From the human T2T-CHM13v2.0 reference genome, Homo sapiens: a stretch of 64,000 nt of DNA. Location of the stretch: the NCBI RefSeq assembly GCF_009914755.1, contig NC_060947.1. One strand, written 5' to 3'. Positions 38,885 to 54,827 of this stretch are shown one piece after another. The notes under the pieces were generated by a model, which saw nothing but the letters and a program-made list of their open reading frames with translations, had not been told where the DNA came from and did not search any database. Position 1 is the stretch's first letter; each line of letters begins with the position of its first letter. The position numbers and the translations under genes are program-made.

Positions 38885-39752
38885 TGAGGGGTCTTCAAAA
38901 AGTTCATGGGAAAATGCATATTAGGAAAAAACTATGCATTGATTTCAATTTTTTTTGCACCAACATAAACTCATACTATCTTATTGCATCATGTCTGAAC
39001 AGGATTTAGTTTGAGGCACTAAGAAGCCTAAGACATCAGTTTGAAAAGAGCTCTTATCAGAGCACCATGAATTCTGTGAAAATTAAAGCAAGAACAAACA
39101 TCAAATTTATAGTGAATCTTGGTGAATGAATGGTGAAGTCATTGATGCTTCACATAAAGTTTATGGAGACAATGTCTCAAGGAAATCAGTACATTACAAA
39201 TGGATAACTTGTTTTAAGAAGGGACAAGACAATGTTGAAAATGAAGTCTACCACATAGACCATCCACATCAATTTGTGAGGAAAAAATTCATTTTATTCA
39301 TGCCCTTGTTGAAGAACTGACAATTAACAGCAGAAAAAAAAGTTCAATACCATAAGCATCACAATTGATTCAGCTCACACAATTCTGACAGAAAGATTAA
39401 AATTGAGCAAACTTTCTACTTGATGGATGTCAAAACCATTGGGACTAGATCAGCGGCACTTAAGAACAAAGCTTTTAGTGAAAATTTTGAAGTGGGGTCA
39501 ATATCCTGAAGCATTTCTTCAAAGAATTATAACAGGATATAAAGCATGGCTTTTACCAGTATAATCCTGAAGACAAAACATAATCAAAGCGATAGCTACC
39601 AAAAGGTGGAAGTGATTCGTTCAAACAAAAGTGGACTGGTCAAGAGCAAAGATTATGAAAACAGTTTTTTTGGATGCTCAAGGCATTTTGCTTGTTGACT
39701 TTCTGCAGGGCAAAACAATAATAACATCTGCTTATTCTGAGAATGTTTGAGA
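38885..39752 (+). mobile_element. HSMAR2 mariner transposon, 3'-truncated, with transposase pseudogene
   Basis: TA plus left TIR TGAGGGGTCTTCAAAAAGTTCATGG; ATG at 39067 (MNSVKIKARTNIKF); KVYGDNVSRKSVHYKWITCFKKG helix-turn-helix region; no right TIR seen. Confidence 0.92.
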
Positions 39753-40409
39753 ATGCTACATTGCACCTGAGTCAATTACTTATGAGTTTACAACAGCTTG
39801 TGTATGGAATTCTCTAAGTCAGGATCCTAGTGATAAGAATTATCAAAAGTCACTGTGAATTGGTTGATTAAAAAATTGTGGCTCCAAATCTTGCCTCTTT
39901 CTAGATAAGCATAATCCTAGAAGGTTGAATGAACCTACAGTAGTGTTTTGAGTTTCTAGGTCGAGTGGGGGTGAGGCAGGATTTATTCATGGACAATTAC
40001 AAAAGAAAGCACCTTATATCTCCTGGAGAAATTAAAATTGAAAAACAGATAGGCCAACCAGCGTGTGCATCAATGCATAGAATGAGATACAGAGGGGATG
40101 CAAGTATTTCTTCTTTTACTCAGTAAATATTTATCACACTTTTCTAGTTGCAGAGGATACAGAGTTATATAATACAGATATAGTTGCTTACTTCATGGTA
40201 CTTACACTTTTGTGAGAGAGTGAGACAGAAACTGGGAAAATCATTAAAAATTTGAAGCTTGAAAAGTGTAGAGGAAAGCAGTAGGTGAGAAAGTGTAAAG
40301 CAAATCCTTGAGTTACAGCACTATGATTACAGATAAGGCTTATGGGTCATGCTTCTTTGACTATGTCCTTGGAAGGAAAACTGGCAAGGATTACAAATGA
40401 GTTTCAACA

Positions 40410-40640
40410 ATAATAATCATAGTTACCATTTATTAAGATCTATATGTAGGTGGCATTTTGCTAGGTACCTCACATACTTTATCTATCTGTGAGATCTACC
40501 TGTGAAAATGTATTGTTTCAATTTTACAGATAAATTAACTGTGGCTCAGACTGGATGAATAGTGGCCCTAGATCAATCAGCTGCAAATGGCAGATATGGG
40601 ATTCAAACAAGGATTTTTACTTCAAAATCAGGTTATTTTA
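40410..40640. mobile_element. MIR
   Basis: CCATTTATTAAG...ATTTTACAGATAAATTAACTGTGGCTCAGA...GGGATTCAAAC. Confidence 0.7.
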
Positions 40641-40756
40641 GAAACGATGTGATGACTCACAAAACATGTAAATAAATAAATTCCAATGGAGGTGAAAAGA
40701 TATTGAATATCTTTAGTCATCAAATAAATGAAAATAAAAATCACAATGAGATAACT

Positions 40757-41152
40757 TGCTATGGTTTGAATGTTTGTCCCCTCCAAAACTCATGTTGAAA
40801 TTTAATTGCTATTTTAACAGTATTAAGAGGTTGGACATTTAAGAGGTGATTAAGTCATGAGGGCTCCATCTTCATGAGTACAATTGGTGATGGTATAAAA
40901 GAGTGAGTCTTGCCCTCTCTCACCCTGTCTTAGTTCTTCTACTTCCATGTGAGAAACAGTGTTCCTCCCTACTGGAGGATGCAATGTTCAAGGCACCATT
41001 TTAGAAGTGGATACCAGGTTCTTACTAAACACCAAACCTGCCTGTGCTTTGATATTGGACTCCTCAGCTTCTAGGACTGTAAGAAACACATTTGTTTTCT
41101 TTAGACACAGTCTCAAGTATTGTGTTTCAGGAGCACAAAATGGACTAAGACA
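40757..41152 (+). mobile_element. MaLR solo LTR (MSTC/MSTD-like) inside an old L1 fragment
   Basis: TGCTATGGTTTGAATGTTTGTCCCCTCCAAAACTCATGTTGAAA...GCACAAAATGGACTAAGACA. Confidence 0.88.
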
Positions 41153-41271
41153 TAATACTTCAGATTCATTAGAATGGCAAAAATTAAAAACCTGACCATG
41201 CCAAGTATTTTCTGAGTTATGGAGCAATTGGAGCACTCATATACTAAAGTTGCCATTTAGTATAATGTTTA

Positions 41272-44200
41272 GGTCATTATCAACAATAGACCATATATTA
41301 TGTCACAAAACAAGTGTTAAAACATTAAAAATTTGAAATGATGTCAAGCATCCTCTCTGCTCCTAATGGAATAAAACTAGAAATTAATAACAAGAGTAAT
41401 ATTGAAAACTATACAAATACATGAAAATTAAAGATTATGCTTCTAAATTACCAGTGGATCAATGAAAAAATTAAGAAGGAAATTAAGATAATTTCTTGAA
41501 ACAACTGATAATGGAAACACCAAAACACAACATATCAAAACTTATCAGATACACCAATAGTGGTACTCAGAAGGAAGTTTGTAGCTATAAGAGCTTACAT
41601 TAAAAATAACACTTCAAATAAACAACCTAACAATGAGTCTAGGAAAACTAGAGCAAACCAAACCCAAAATTAGTAAGAGAACAGAAAGAATAAGGATCAG
41701 AGCAGCAATAAGTAAAACAGAAATGAAAAGTAAAAACAATACAAAAGATCAATGAAACAAAAAGTTGTTTTTTTGGAAAGTGAAAAATGGACAAAGCTTT
41801 AGTCAGACTAATTAAGAAAAATAGAGAGATCTGTATAAATAAAATCTGAGATGAACAAAAAGACATTGCCACTGATACTGCAGAAATTTAAAGGATCATT
41901 AGTGGCTATTATGAGCAACTACATGCAAGTAAATTGGAAAATCTAGAATAAATTAACAAATTCCTAGATACATAAAACCTACAAAGATTGAACCAGAAAG
42001 AAATCCAAAACAAGAACAGACTAATAAGTAACGAGTTCAATGCCATAATAAAGTCTCTCAGCTAAGAAAATCCTAGGACCAGATGGCTTCCCTGCTGAAT
42101 TTTACTAAACATTTAAAAAACTAATACTATTTATCCTCAAATTATGCTGAAAAAATAGAGTAGAAGGAAATACTTCCACACTCATTCTTTTAGGTCATTA
42201 TTACCTTGGTACCAAAACCAGACAAAGACACATCAAAAAAAGAAAACCACAGGCCAATATCTCTAATGAATACTGATGTGAAAACTCTCAACAAAACACT
42301 AGCAAACCGAATTCAATAATACATTAGAAAGATCATTCATAATGACAAAGGGGGATTTACCTCTGGAATGCAAAGTTGTTTCAACATACGCAAATCAATC
42401 AATGTGATAAATCAGATCAAGAAAATGAAGGATAAAAACCATATGATCATTTCAGCTGATGCTGAAAAAGCATTTGATAAAACTCAACGTAATCTTATGA
42501 CAAAAAAAACCCTCGAAAATTTAAGAATATAAAGAACATACCTCAACATAATAAGAGCCATGTACAACACACCCACAGTTAGTATCATACTCAGTGGGGA
42601 AAAACCGAAAGCCTTTCCTCTAAGATCTAGAGCATAACAAAGATGCCCAGTGTTACCACTGTTATTCAACACAGTACTGGAAGTCCTAGCTAGAGCAATC
42701 ACACAAGAGAAAGATATAAAGGGCATCTCAATTAGAAAGGGAGAAGTCAAACAATTATTGTTTGCAGATTATATGATCTTTTTTTTGAAAAAACCTAAAG
42801 ACTCCACAAAAAGCTCATAAAACTGATAAGCAAATTTAGTAATGTTACAGGATGCAAAATCAACATACAAAAATCAGTAGCATTTCTATATGCCAAGAGT
42901 GAACAATGTGAAAAAGAAATAAAAAAGTAATCCCACTTACAATAGCCACACGTAAAAGTAAATACCTGGAAATTAACTTAACCAAAAACGTGAAAGATTT
43001 CCTTAATGAAAACTATAAAACATTGATAAAAGAAATTGAAGAGGACACCAAAAAAATGAAAAGCTCTTTCATGTTCATGAATTGGAAGAATCAACATTGT
43101 TAAAATGTCCATACAATCCAAGCAATCTATAGATTCAATACAATTCCTATCCAAATTACCAATGATATTTTTCACAGAAATCGGAAAATCAATCTTAAAG
43201 TTTATGTGAAACCATATAAGACCCAGGATAGACAATGCTATTCCAAGCAAAAAGAACAAAACTGGATGAATCGCATCACCTGACTTCAAATTATACCGCA
43301 AAGCTATAGTAACCAAAACAGTGGGATATTGGCATAAAGATAGACAAATAAACCAATAGGACAAAATAGAGAACCCAGAAATAAATCCACAGACCTACAG
43401 TGAAGTCATTTTTGACAGAAGGGTCAAGAACATACAATGGGAAAAAGTCTCTTCAATAAAGGGTGCTGTGAATACTGGATATTCATATGCAGAAGAATGA
43501 AACTAAACCTCTATCTCTCACTATATATAAAATGAAAATGTATCACAGAATAAAATCTAAAACTTTAAACTATGAAATCACCACAAGAAAACATTGGAGA
43601 ACATCTCTAGGACATTGGGCTGGCCCAAAATTTCTTCAGCAATTACCCACAAGCACAGGCAACCAAAGCAAAAATAAACAAATGGAATCATATCAAGTTA
43701 AAAACCTTCTGCACAACAAAGGATACAAGCAATGAAGTGAAGAGACAGCTCCAAAAATGGCAGAAAATGTTTTTATACTACCCATCTGATGAGGAATTAA
43801 TAATCAGTATACATAAGGAACTCAAACAATTCTATAGGAAGAATGAAATAATCCAAAAAAAATGGACAAAAGACTTGAATAGACATTTCTCAGAAGAAGG
43901 CACACAAATGGCAAACAAACGTATGAAAAGGTGCTCAACATCATTGATCATCATAGAAATGTAAATAAAAACTACAATGAGATATGATCTCACCACAGTT
44001 AAAATGGTTTTTATCCAATATACAGGCAATAACAAATTTTGGCAAGGATGGAGAAAAGGGATCTCTAGTACGCTGTTTGTTGTGAATGTAAATTAGTACA
44101 ACAACTATAGAGAACAGTTTGCAGGTTCTTAAAAAGACTAAAAGTTGAGCTACTATATTATCCATGAACCCCACAGCTGGGTATATATCCAAAATGAAGG

Positions 44201-44850
44201 AAATCAATATATTGAAGAGGTATCTGCACTCTTACATTTGTTGCAGCACTTTTCACAATAGCTAATATTTTGAAGAAACCTACGTGTCCATCAACAGATG
44301 AATGGATAAAGAAAATGTGGTACATATACACAATGGAGTACTATTCAGCCGTACAAAGAATGAGATCTAGTCATTTCCAACAACGTGAATAAAACTGAAG
44401 ATCATTCTGTTAAGTGAAATAAGCCAGGCACAGAAAGACTAACATCGCATGTTCTCACTTATTTGTGGGATGTAAAAATCAAAACAGTTGAACTAATGGA
44501 CATTGAGAGTAGAGAGATTACCAGAGGCTGGAAAGGGTAGTGGGGAGCTGGGAGGGAGTTGGAAATGGTTAGTGTGTACAAAAATAATAGAATGAATAAG
44601 ACCTAATATTTGATAGCACAACAGGGTGACTACCATCAATAATAACTTAATTTTACATTTTAAAATAACTCAAGGAGCATAATTGGATTGTTTGTAACTC
44701 AAAGGATAAATGTTTGAGGGAATGGATATGATTTTCCATGATATGCTTATGTAATATTGCATGCCTGTATCAAAAATATCTTGTACCCTATAAAAATATA
44801 CATCTACCATGTACCCTAAACATTAAAAATTTAAAAAAATTAAAAATTCA
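41272..44850 (+). mobile_element. L1MA2/3, 5'-truncated (ORF2 and 3'UTR)
   Basis: Continuous degenerate ORF2 including TTGTTTGCAGATTATATGATC (FADD region); 3'UTR TTTGATAGCACAACAGGGTGACT...GCATGCCTGTATCAAAATATC; A-rich tail. Confidence 0.92.
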
Positions 44851-45579
44851 TAAAATTCTTAAGTTAATTACTATTAACAGTCTAGTCTCACTCTTTCTTT
44901 TTCTCTGTTTAAGAAAAATAAAATTGGGATAATCATAATATTTTGTGACCTCGGTTTTTACTGAATATAACATGAATATTTTAATGTGCCATCTAAAATT
45001 CTTCAGAAACATTATTTTGTAATGGTTATATATAGCTTCACTATGTGAATATAGTATAATTCACCTTAGCAATTTATAATTTTAGACATTTGGTGATTTC
45101 TAAATTTTGCTATTACAAAAAATGCCATAATAAATATCTAGGTAGTTAAATCTTTGCACACATTTCTAATATTTTATCTTGATGTAATTCTAGAAATGAA
45201 ATTGATGGGTCAATTGAGTGACATTTTGATTGATATTATTAGAAGAGAAACATTGTATCGAATATCCATATCCTATTACTTTTCTAAAATTAAAATTTAA
45301 TTTTTAATTACCAGGTAATGTAAAATTCAAATGTTAATGGTAAGAGTTTTTGAAGTTCCTTTTGAATTACCCTTAAATATGATGCCATTCTCCCTTCCTA
45401 GAGGTGCCTACATTTATCAATTTGGTGAGTATCCTTTAAAATACTTATATATATCTCCATAGAAAGGTTTCAGTATTATATGTTTATGTGTGTACACTTA
45501 AATGGCATTGTAATGTATCTATAGTTAGACAAATTATATTCTTTCAATTATATCTGGCATATATTTCTACTTAAAAAAT

Positions 45580-45965
45580 TAGAAATTGTTTATTTTTTTC
45601 AGCTTCATTGAAGTATAACTTACAAATAAACATTGTATGTATTTAAGTTATATGATGCACTGATTTGTTACATGTACATATACATTGTGAAAAGATTACT
45701 GCTCAAGCTAGTTAATACATTCACTGCCTGAAAGTTACCTGTTTTTGTTGTTGTGGAAAGAACACTTAAGATCTATGCCCATAGCAAATTTCAAGCATAC
45801 AATATCATATTATTAACTATAGTTCACATGCTTTACCTTACCTTCTCAGAAATTATTTATCTTATAACTGAAAATTTGTACCCATTGACCACCATATCTC
45901 CATTTCTCCTACCCACCCACTATCCTCTGGAAACAACCTTTCTACGTTCCATTTCTGTGAATTGA
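45580..45965 (-). mobile_element. Older L1MA/L1MB 3'UTR fragment
   Basis: AGAACACTTAAGATCTA...AGCAAATTTCAAGCATACAATA...ATAACTGAAAATTTGTACCC. Confidence 0.75.
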
Positions 45966-46084
45966 TTTCTTTTTCTGGAAAACATTTATTTCTCAAGGTG
46001 ACAAACATTCATATTAGGATTAATGGGCTCATCTTTGTTTTAAACCAAGGACCATTTCCTTTAGCTAACAATATAACTATTTAA

Positions 46085-49000
46085 TTTTTAAAATTTTAAA
46101 CATTTTTATTATAATTTTTATGGGTACAAGGGAGATGTATATATTTATGGGGCAAATGAGATGTTTTGATACAGACATGCAATGCATAACAATCACACCA
46201 TGTAAAATGGGGTATTTAGCCCCTCAAGCATTTATCCTTTGTGTTAAAAACAATACAAATATACACTATTAGTTATTTTAATATGTACAATTAAATTATT
46301 ATTGACTACAGTCACTCTACTGTGCCATCAAATAGTAGGTTTTATTAATACTGTCTATTTTTTGGTAGCCATTAACCATCCTCACCTCACACTCAACCTC
46401 CTACTACTCTTCTCAGCCTCTGGTAACAATCCTTCTACTCTATCTCTATGGGTTAAATTGTTTTGATTTTTAAATTCCATAAATAAGTGAGAACATGTAA
46501 TGTTTCTGTTTCTGTGCCTGGCTTACTTAGCATAATAAACTTCAGTTCCACCCATGTTGTTGCAAATTACAGGATCTTGGTTTTTTTAAAGGCTGGATAG
46601 TACTCCATTGTGTATAAGTACCACGTTTTCTTTATTCATTTATCTGTTGATGGACATTTAGGTTGCTTCCAAATGTTGGCTCTTGTGAACAGTGTTTTAA
46701 CAAACATAGGAGTGCCGATATCTCTTCAATGTATTGATTTTCTTTCTTTTGGGTGTAATCTGAGCAGTAGGATTGCTGGGTCACGTGGAAGCTTTATTTA
46801 TAGTTTTTAAAGGAGCCTCTAAATTGTTCTCCATAGTAGTTGTACTAATTTACCTTTCACCAACAGTGTACGGGTGTTCTCTTTTCTCCATATCCTCACC
46901 AGTAGTTGTTATTGGCTGACATTTGGATATAAGCCATTTCAACTGGGTTGAGATATCTCATTGTAGTTTTGATTTGCATTTCTCTGATGATCAATGATGT
47001 TGAGCACCTTTTCATATACCTGTAGGTCATTTTTATGTCTTCTTTTAAGAAATTTCTGTTCAAATATTTAGCCTATTTTTGAATCAGATTAGTATGTTTC
47101 CACCTATAAAGTTGTTAGAGCTACTTATACATTCTGATTATTAATCCCACGTGAGATGGGTAGTTTGCAAATATTTTCTTTCATTCTGTGGGTTGTGTCT
47201 TCACTTTGTTGATTATATACTTTGCTGTGCAGTAGCTTTTTCACCTGATATTATCCCATTTGTCCATTTTTCCTTGTGTTGCCTGTGTTTGTGGGATATT
47301 ACTCTAGAAATCTATGTTAAGATCAGTCTCCTGGAGAGTTGCTCTGATTTTTTTTCTAGTAGTTTAATAGTTTAAGGTCTTAGATTTAAGTCTGTAATCC
47401 ATTTGTATTTGATTTTTGTATACAGTGAGAGATAAGGGCCTACCTTTATTCTTCTGCATACGGATATCCAATTTTCCCAGTACCATTTGTGGAAGAGACG
47501 GTTTTTTCTCCAGCGTGCGTTCTTGGCAACTGTGTCAAAAATAAGTTCATTGTAGGTGTGTGGATTTGTTTCTGAATTCTCTATTCTGATCCATCAATCT
47601 GTGTCTCCATTTGTATGTAGTATGCTGTTTTGGTTACTATAGTTCTGTAGTATAATTTGAAGTCAGGTAATATGATTCCAAATGTTTTGTTCTTTTGCTT
47701 AGAATAGCTTTGACTACTCTCGGTATTTTGTGTTTTTTTATATTTTTTAGGATTGCTTTTTCTATTTCTGTGAACAATGCCATTGGGATTTTGATAAGAA
47801 TTGCATTGGATCTGTAGATTGCTTTGGGTAGGATGGTCATTTAAACAATATGGATTCTTTTAATCCATAAACATCAAACATTTTTCCATTTCTCATGAAT
47901 TTTTCAATTTCTTGCATCAATGTTTTATTATTTTTTTCTAGAGATCTTTCACTGTTTTGGTTAACTCCTAGCTATTACATTCTATATATGGTTATTGTAA
48001 ATGGGATTACATTATATATATTTTTTCTCATTGTTCTCTGTTGGCGTATAGAAATGCTATTGATTTATAATGTTGTTTCAGTATTCTACAATCATATACA
48101 AACAAGGATAATTTGGTATGTTGTATTATTATTATTTGCTTCAAAAAATTTTCACTTTTATTCTTAATTTCTTCTGTGACCTACTGATTATTCAGGAGCA
48201 TATTGCTTAATTTCCATGTATTCACATAGCTTCCAAAATTATTCTTGTTATTAATTTCTAGTTTTATTTCTTTGTGGTTAGAGAAGATGCTTGATAATTC
48301 AATTTTTTCACTGTTTTAAGATTTGTCTTGTTACCTAACATATGGTCTATTCTTGGGAATAGTTCCTGTGCTGAGGAAAAGAATGTGTATTATGCTGACA
48401 TTTAATAAAATGTTCTATAAATATCTATTAGCTCCTTTTGGCCTATATTGCAGATTAAGTCCAATGTTTGTTGATTTTTTTGTCTGGAAGATCTGTTCAG
48501 GGTTGAAAGAAGCAAGGTGTTGGTGTCTCCAGTTATTATCGTATTGGGCCCTAGCTCTGTCTTTAGCTTTAATAATACTTGCTTAATATATCTGACTGCT
48601 TTAGTGTTGGCTGCATGTATATTTAAAATTGTTATAACCTCTTGCTGAATTGTCCCATTTATCATTGTATAGTAACCTCCTTTTGTCTCTTCTTATAGTT
48701 TGTTGCTTGAAATCTAGTCTGTCTAATATATGTATAATAACTCCTGCTCTTTTTTTGTTTCTTTCGGCATTAAATATCTTTTTCCATCTCTTCTTTATTT
48801 TCTTTCTATGTGGGTTTTTTTTTTTTTTTTTTTTTTGGTAGGTGAAGTGTGTTTCTTGTAGGCAACAGATCATTGGGTCTTGTTTTTTATCGATTAAACT
48901 ACTCTATGTTTTTTAATTGGAAAGTTTAGTTCATTTACATTCAATATTTATATTGATAAGTAAGGGCTTACCTCTGTCATTTTGCTATTAATTTTATGGT

Positions 49001-51153
49001 TGTTTTGTGTTCTCCTCTTTTTTCTTTCTTTCCTCTCATCTTCTAGTGAAAGTAATTTTCTCTGCTAACATAATTTAGTTTCCTGCTTTTTATTTTTTGT
49101 GTATCCATTGTATGCTTTTTGTTTGAGGTTACCATAAGGCTTGCAATTACTATCTTATAACCCATTATTTTAAGCTGGTAACATCTCAACACTACATAAA
49201 CAAAGAAATAAGCAAATAAAAAACTGATAAAAGCTCTATGCCTCAACTAAATCCCCTTGCTTTTAAAATCTTTGTTGTTTCTATTAATATTTTATTGTAC
49301 TGTCTATGTCTTAAAAAATTATTGTAGTTATTGTTTTTGACTGGTATATAGAGCAGTCTTTTTACTTTAGTTCAGAGTAGTTTATAAATGACAGTAACAG
49401 TGTTATCATATTTTGTGGGTTTTTTGTGTACTTCTATTACCATTGTGTTTTGTACCTTCAGATGATTTCTTATTGCTCATTAATGTCCTTTTCTTTTTGA
49501 TTGAAGCTCTCCCTTTAGCAATTTGTAGAACAGAGTGGATGTTAAAGACATCCCTCAGCTTTTGTTTATCTGGGAAAGTTTTTATTTCTCCATGTTTGAA
49601 GTATAGTTTCACTAAATCTATTACAATTTTAGCTTTAAGGTTTTTACTTTAACACTTTAAATATGTCATGCCACTCTCTTCTGGCCTGTGATGTTTTCAC
49701 TGAAAAGTCTGGTGGTAGCTGTATTGGAGCTCTATTGTATGTCATTTGTTTCTTTTCTCTTGCTGCTGTTAGAATTCTTTCTTTATCATTGACCTTTGGG
49801 AGTTTGATTGTTAAATGCCTTGAGATAGTCTTCTTTCAGTTGAATTTCTTTCATGTTGTATAATCTTCTTGTATTTGGATATTGATATCTTTCTCTAAGT
49901 TTGGGAAGTTCTGTTATTATTACTTTGAATAAATTTTCTACCCCTATGTCTTTCTCTACCTTCTGTTTAAGGCCAATAGAAATTAAACTCATCCTTTGTG
50001 GCTATTTTCTAGATCCTGTAGGCATGCTTTATTGTTTTCTCCTCTAACTGTATTTTCAAATAACTTGTCTTCAAGGTCACTAATTCTTCCTTCTTGATCA
50101 ACTCTGCTGTAAAAGACTCTGAGGCATTCTTTAGCATACCAATTGCATTTTTCATCTTCAGAATTTCTGCTAGATTTAAAACGTATTTTAATATTTTCAT
50201 TACATTTATGTGATAGAAATCTATATTTCTTCTTTGTGTTCTCCTGAATTTATTTTTGTTTCCTCAATGCAGCCATTTTGAATTCCCCTTCTGAAAGTTT
50301 GCATAGGTGTTTTTTTAGGAGGCTTCCTGGTGCCTTATTTAGTTTATTTGGAGTCGTGATTTTTTTTTCCTGAAATGTGTTTATACTTGCAGATGTTCTT
50401 CTGTGTCTGGGCATTGAAGAGTCAAGTATTTATTGTAATTATTACTGCCTGGTCTCTTGTGTTCTTGTCTTTCTTAGAAAGGCTTTCCAGATATTCAAAA
50501 GGACTTGGGTGTTGTGATTTAAGCTCTGACTTCTGTTGGGTGCATCATTAGCCCAGTAATGCTGTGGGTTTTGTAGATTTGTACAGGTGCCACCTTTATG
50601 GTCCTGGACAAGATCTGGGAGACTTTTCTGGATTACCAGACAGAGACTGGTGTTCTCATCCATTATTTTCTCCCAAACAATGCAGTCTCTCTCTCTCTGT
50701 GCTGTGTCTCCCAGAGCTGGGGATGGAGTGACACAAGTAACTCTGTGACTACCACCACTATGACTGTGCTGGGTCAGACCTGAAGACAATACAGCATTGA
50801 CTCTCACCCAACCAGTGCTGTAATCACTCCCTGGCTACTTTCTATGTTTTCTGAAGTCTTTGGGGTTGTACAGTCAGCAGATACCAAATTAAGCCAGGCT
50901 TGTTTCTTGTGTTCCTTGCCTTTTGGGAGCTAGGGAATAGAGTCAAAAACCTTAGAAGCCTACCAGATGTTCTATTGTGCTGTAGCTGAGCTGGCATTCA
51001 AAACGCAAGATGGAATCTTTCCCACTTTTCCCTCCCCTTTCCAAATGCAGAGGAATCCCACTGCTTGGCCACCTCTATGACAGGTCCACAGGGAGTACTG
51101 CTGGACTACTGCCAATCTTCCCTTAAGGCCCAAGGGCTTTTGAATCAACTTGT
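46085..51153 (-). mobile_element. L1MA2/3, antisense, 3'UTR through part of the 5'UTR, with ORF2 internal deletion
   Basis: 3'UTR from 46085; endonuclease MICCLQETHFTY (48873); ORF1 remnants at 49400-50400; 5'UTR homologous to about 10950-11750; deletion junction near 48113. Confidence 0.9.
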
Positions 51154-51500
51154 GGCATGCAAAGAACATACCTCAATGTAATAAAAACTATCTATGACAA
51201 ACCCACAGCCAACATAACACTGAATGGGGAAAAGTTGAAAGCATTCCATCTGAGAACTGGAACAAGAAAAAAATGCCCACTCTAACTGCTCCTGTTCAAC
51301 ATAATACTGGAAGTCCTAGCCAGAGCAATCAGACAAGAGAAAAATATAAAGGGCATTCAAATTGGTAAAGAGAAAGTCAAACTGGTGCTGTTGGTTGATG
51401 ATGTGACTGTTTACCTAAAAAACCCTAAAGACTCCTCCAGAAATCTCCCAGAACTGATAAAAGAATGCAGCAAAGTTTCTGGATAGAAAGTTAATGTAGA

Positions 51501-53107
<1,607 letters not shown>

Positions 53108-54827
53108 AGAAAGTTAATATACACAAATCAGTAGCTCTCCTATACACCAACAACAACCAAGCAGAGAATCAAATCAAGAACTCAATTCGTTTTACAATAG
53201 CTGCAAACAAACAAACAAACAAACAAAAAAACCTCAGGAACATACCTAACAAAGGAGGTGAAAAACCTCCACAAGGAATAGTGCAAAACACTGCTGAAAG
53301 AAATCATAGATGACACAAACAAATGCAAACACATCCCATGCTCATGGATGGGTAGAATCAATATTGTAAAAAATCACCATACTGCCAAAATGAATCTGCA
53401 AATTCAGTGCAATCCCCATCAAAATACCACTGTCATTCTTCACAGTTAGAAAAACAATTCTAAAATTCATATGGAACCAAAAAAGAGCCCACATAGCTAA
53501 AGCAAGAAGAAGCAAAAAGAACAAATCTGGAGACATCAATTACCTGATTTCAAACTATACTATAAGGCCATAGTCACCAAAACAGCATGGTACTCGTATA
53601 AAAATAGGCACATAGACTAATGGATCAGAATAGAGAACCCAGAAATAAACCCAAATATTTACAGCCAACTGATCTTTGACAAATGAAACCAAAACATAAA
53701 GTGAGGAAATGACACCCTCTCCAACAAATATTGCTGGGTTAATTGGCAAGCCACATGTAGGAGAATGAAACTGGATTCTCTTCTCTCACCTTATACATAA
53801 ATCAACTCAAGATGTATCAAGCACTTATATCCAAGACCTGAAACTATGAAAATTCTAGAAGATAACATTGGAAAAATGTTTTCTAGACATCAGCTTAGGC
53901 AAGGATTTCATGACAAAAACCCAAAAGCAAATGCAACAAAAACAAAGATAAATAGCTGAAACTTAATTAAATTAAAGAATTTTGCATGTCCAAAGGAACA
54001 GTCAACAGAGTATAGAGAAACCCCACAGAGTAGGATAAAAATCTTCATAATCTATGCATCTAACAAAGGACTAATATCCAGAATCTACAATTAACTCAAA
54101 CAAATTAGCAAGAAAGAAACAAACAATCCCATCAAAAAGTGGGATAAGGACATGAATAGAAAATTCTCAAAAGAAGATGTATAAATGGCCAAAAAACATA
54201 TGAAAAAATGCCCAACATCACTAATAATCAGGGAAATGCAAATCCAAATCACAATGCAATACCACCTTGCACCTGCAAGAATGGCCACAATGAAAAACTA
54301 ATTAAAAAAAAGATCTTGATGTGGATGTGGTGAACAGGGAACACTTTTACACTGCTGGTGGAAATGTAAACTAGTAAAATCATTATGGAAAACAGTGTGA
54401 AGATTCCTTAAATAACTAAAAGTAGAACTACCATTTGATCCAGCAATACCACTACTGCGTATCTACCCAGAGGAAAAGAAGTCATACGAAAAAAAGTACT
54501 TGAACACGCATGTTTATAGCAGCACAATTTGCAATTGCAGAAACGTGGAACTATCCCAAATGCCCATCAATCAATGAGTGTATAAAGAGACTGTGGTATA
54601 TATATACAATGGAATACTACTCAGTCATAAAAAGAAATGAATTAATGACATTTGCAGCAACCTGAATGAGATTGAAGACCATTATTGTAAGTGAAGTAAC
54701 TCAGGAATGGAAAATCACACATTGTATGTTCTCACTCATATGTCAGAGCTAAAGAATGAGGATGCAAAGGCATAAGAATGACACAATGGAGTTTTGAGAC
54801 TCAGGGGGAAATGGTGGGAAGGGGATG

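Noticed and set aside
39067-39752. Possible domesticated mariner transposase
   Set aside because: Frameshifts and stops from the first 20 codons onward, and truncated before the catalytic domain is complete.
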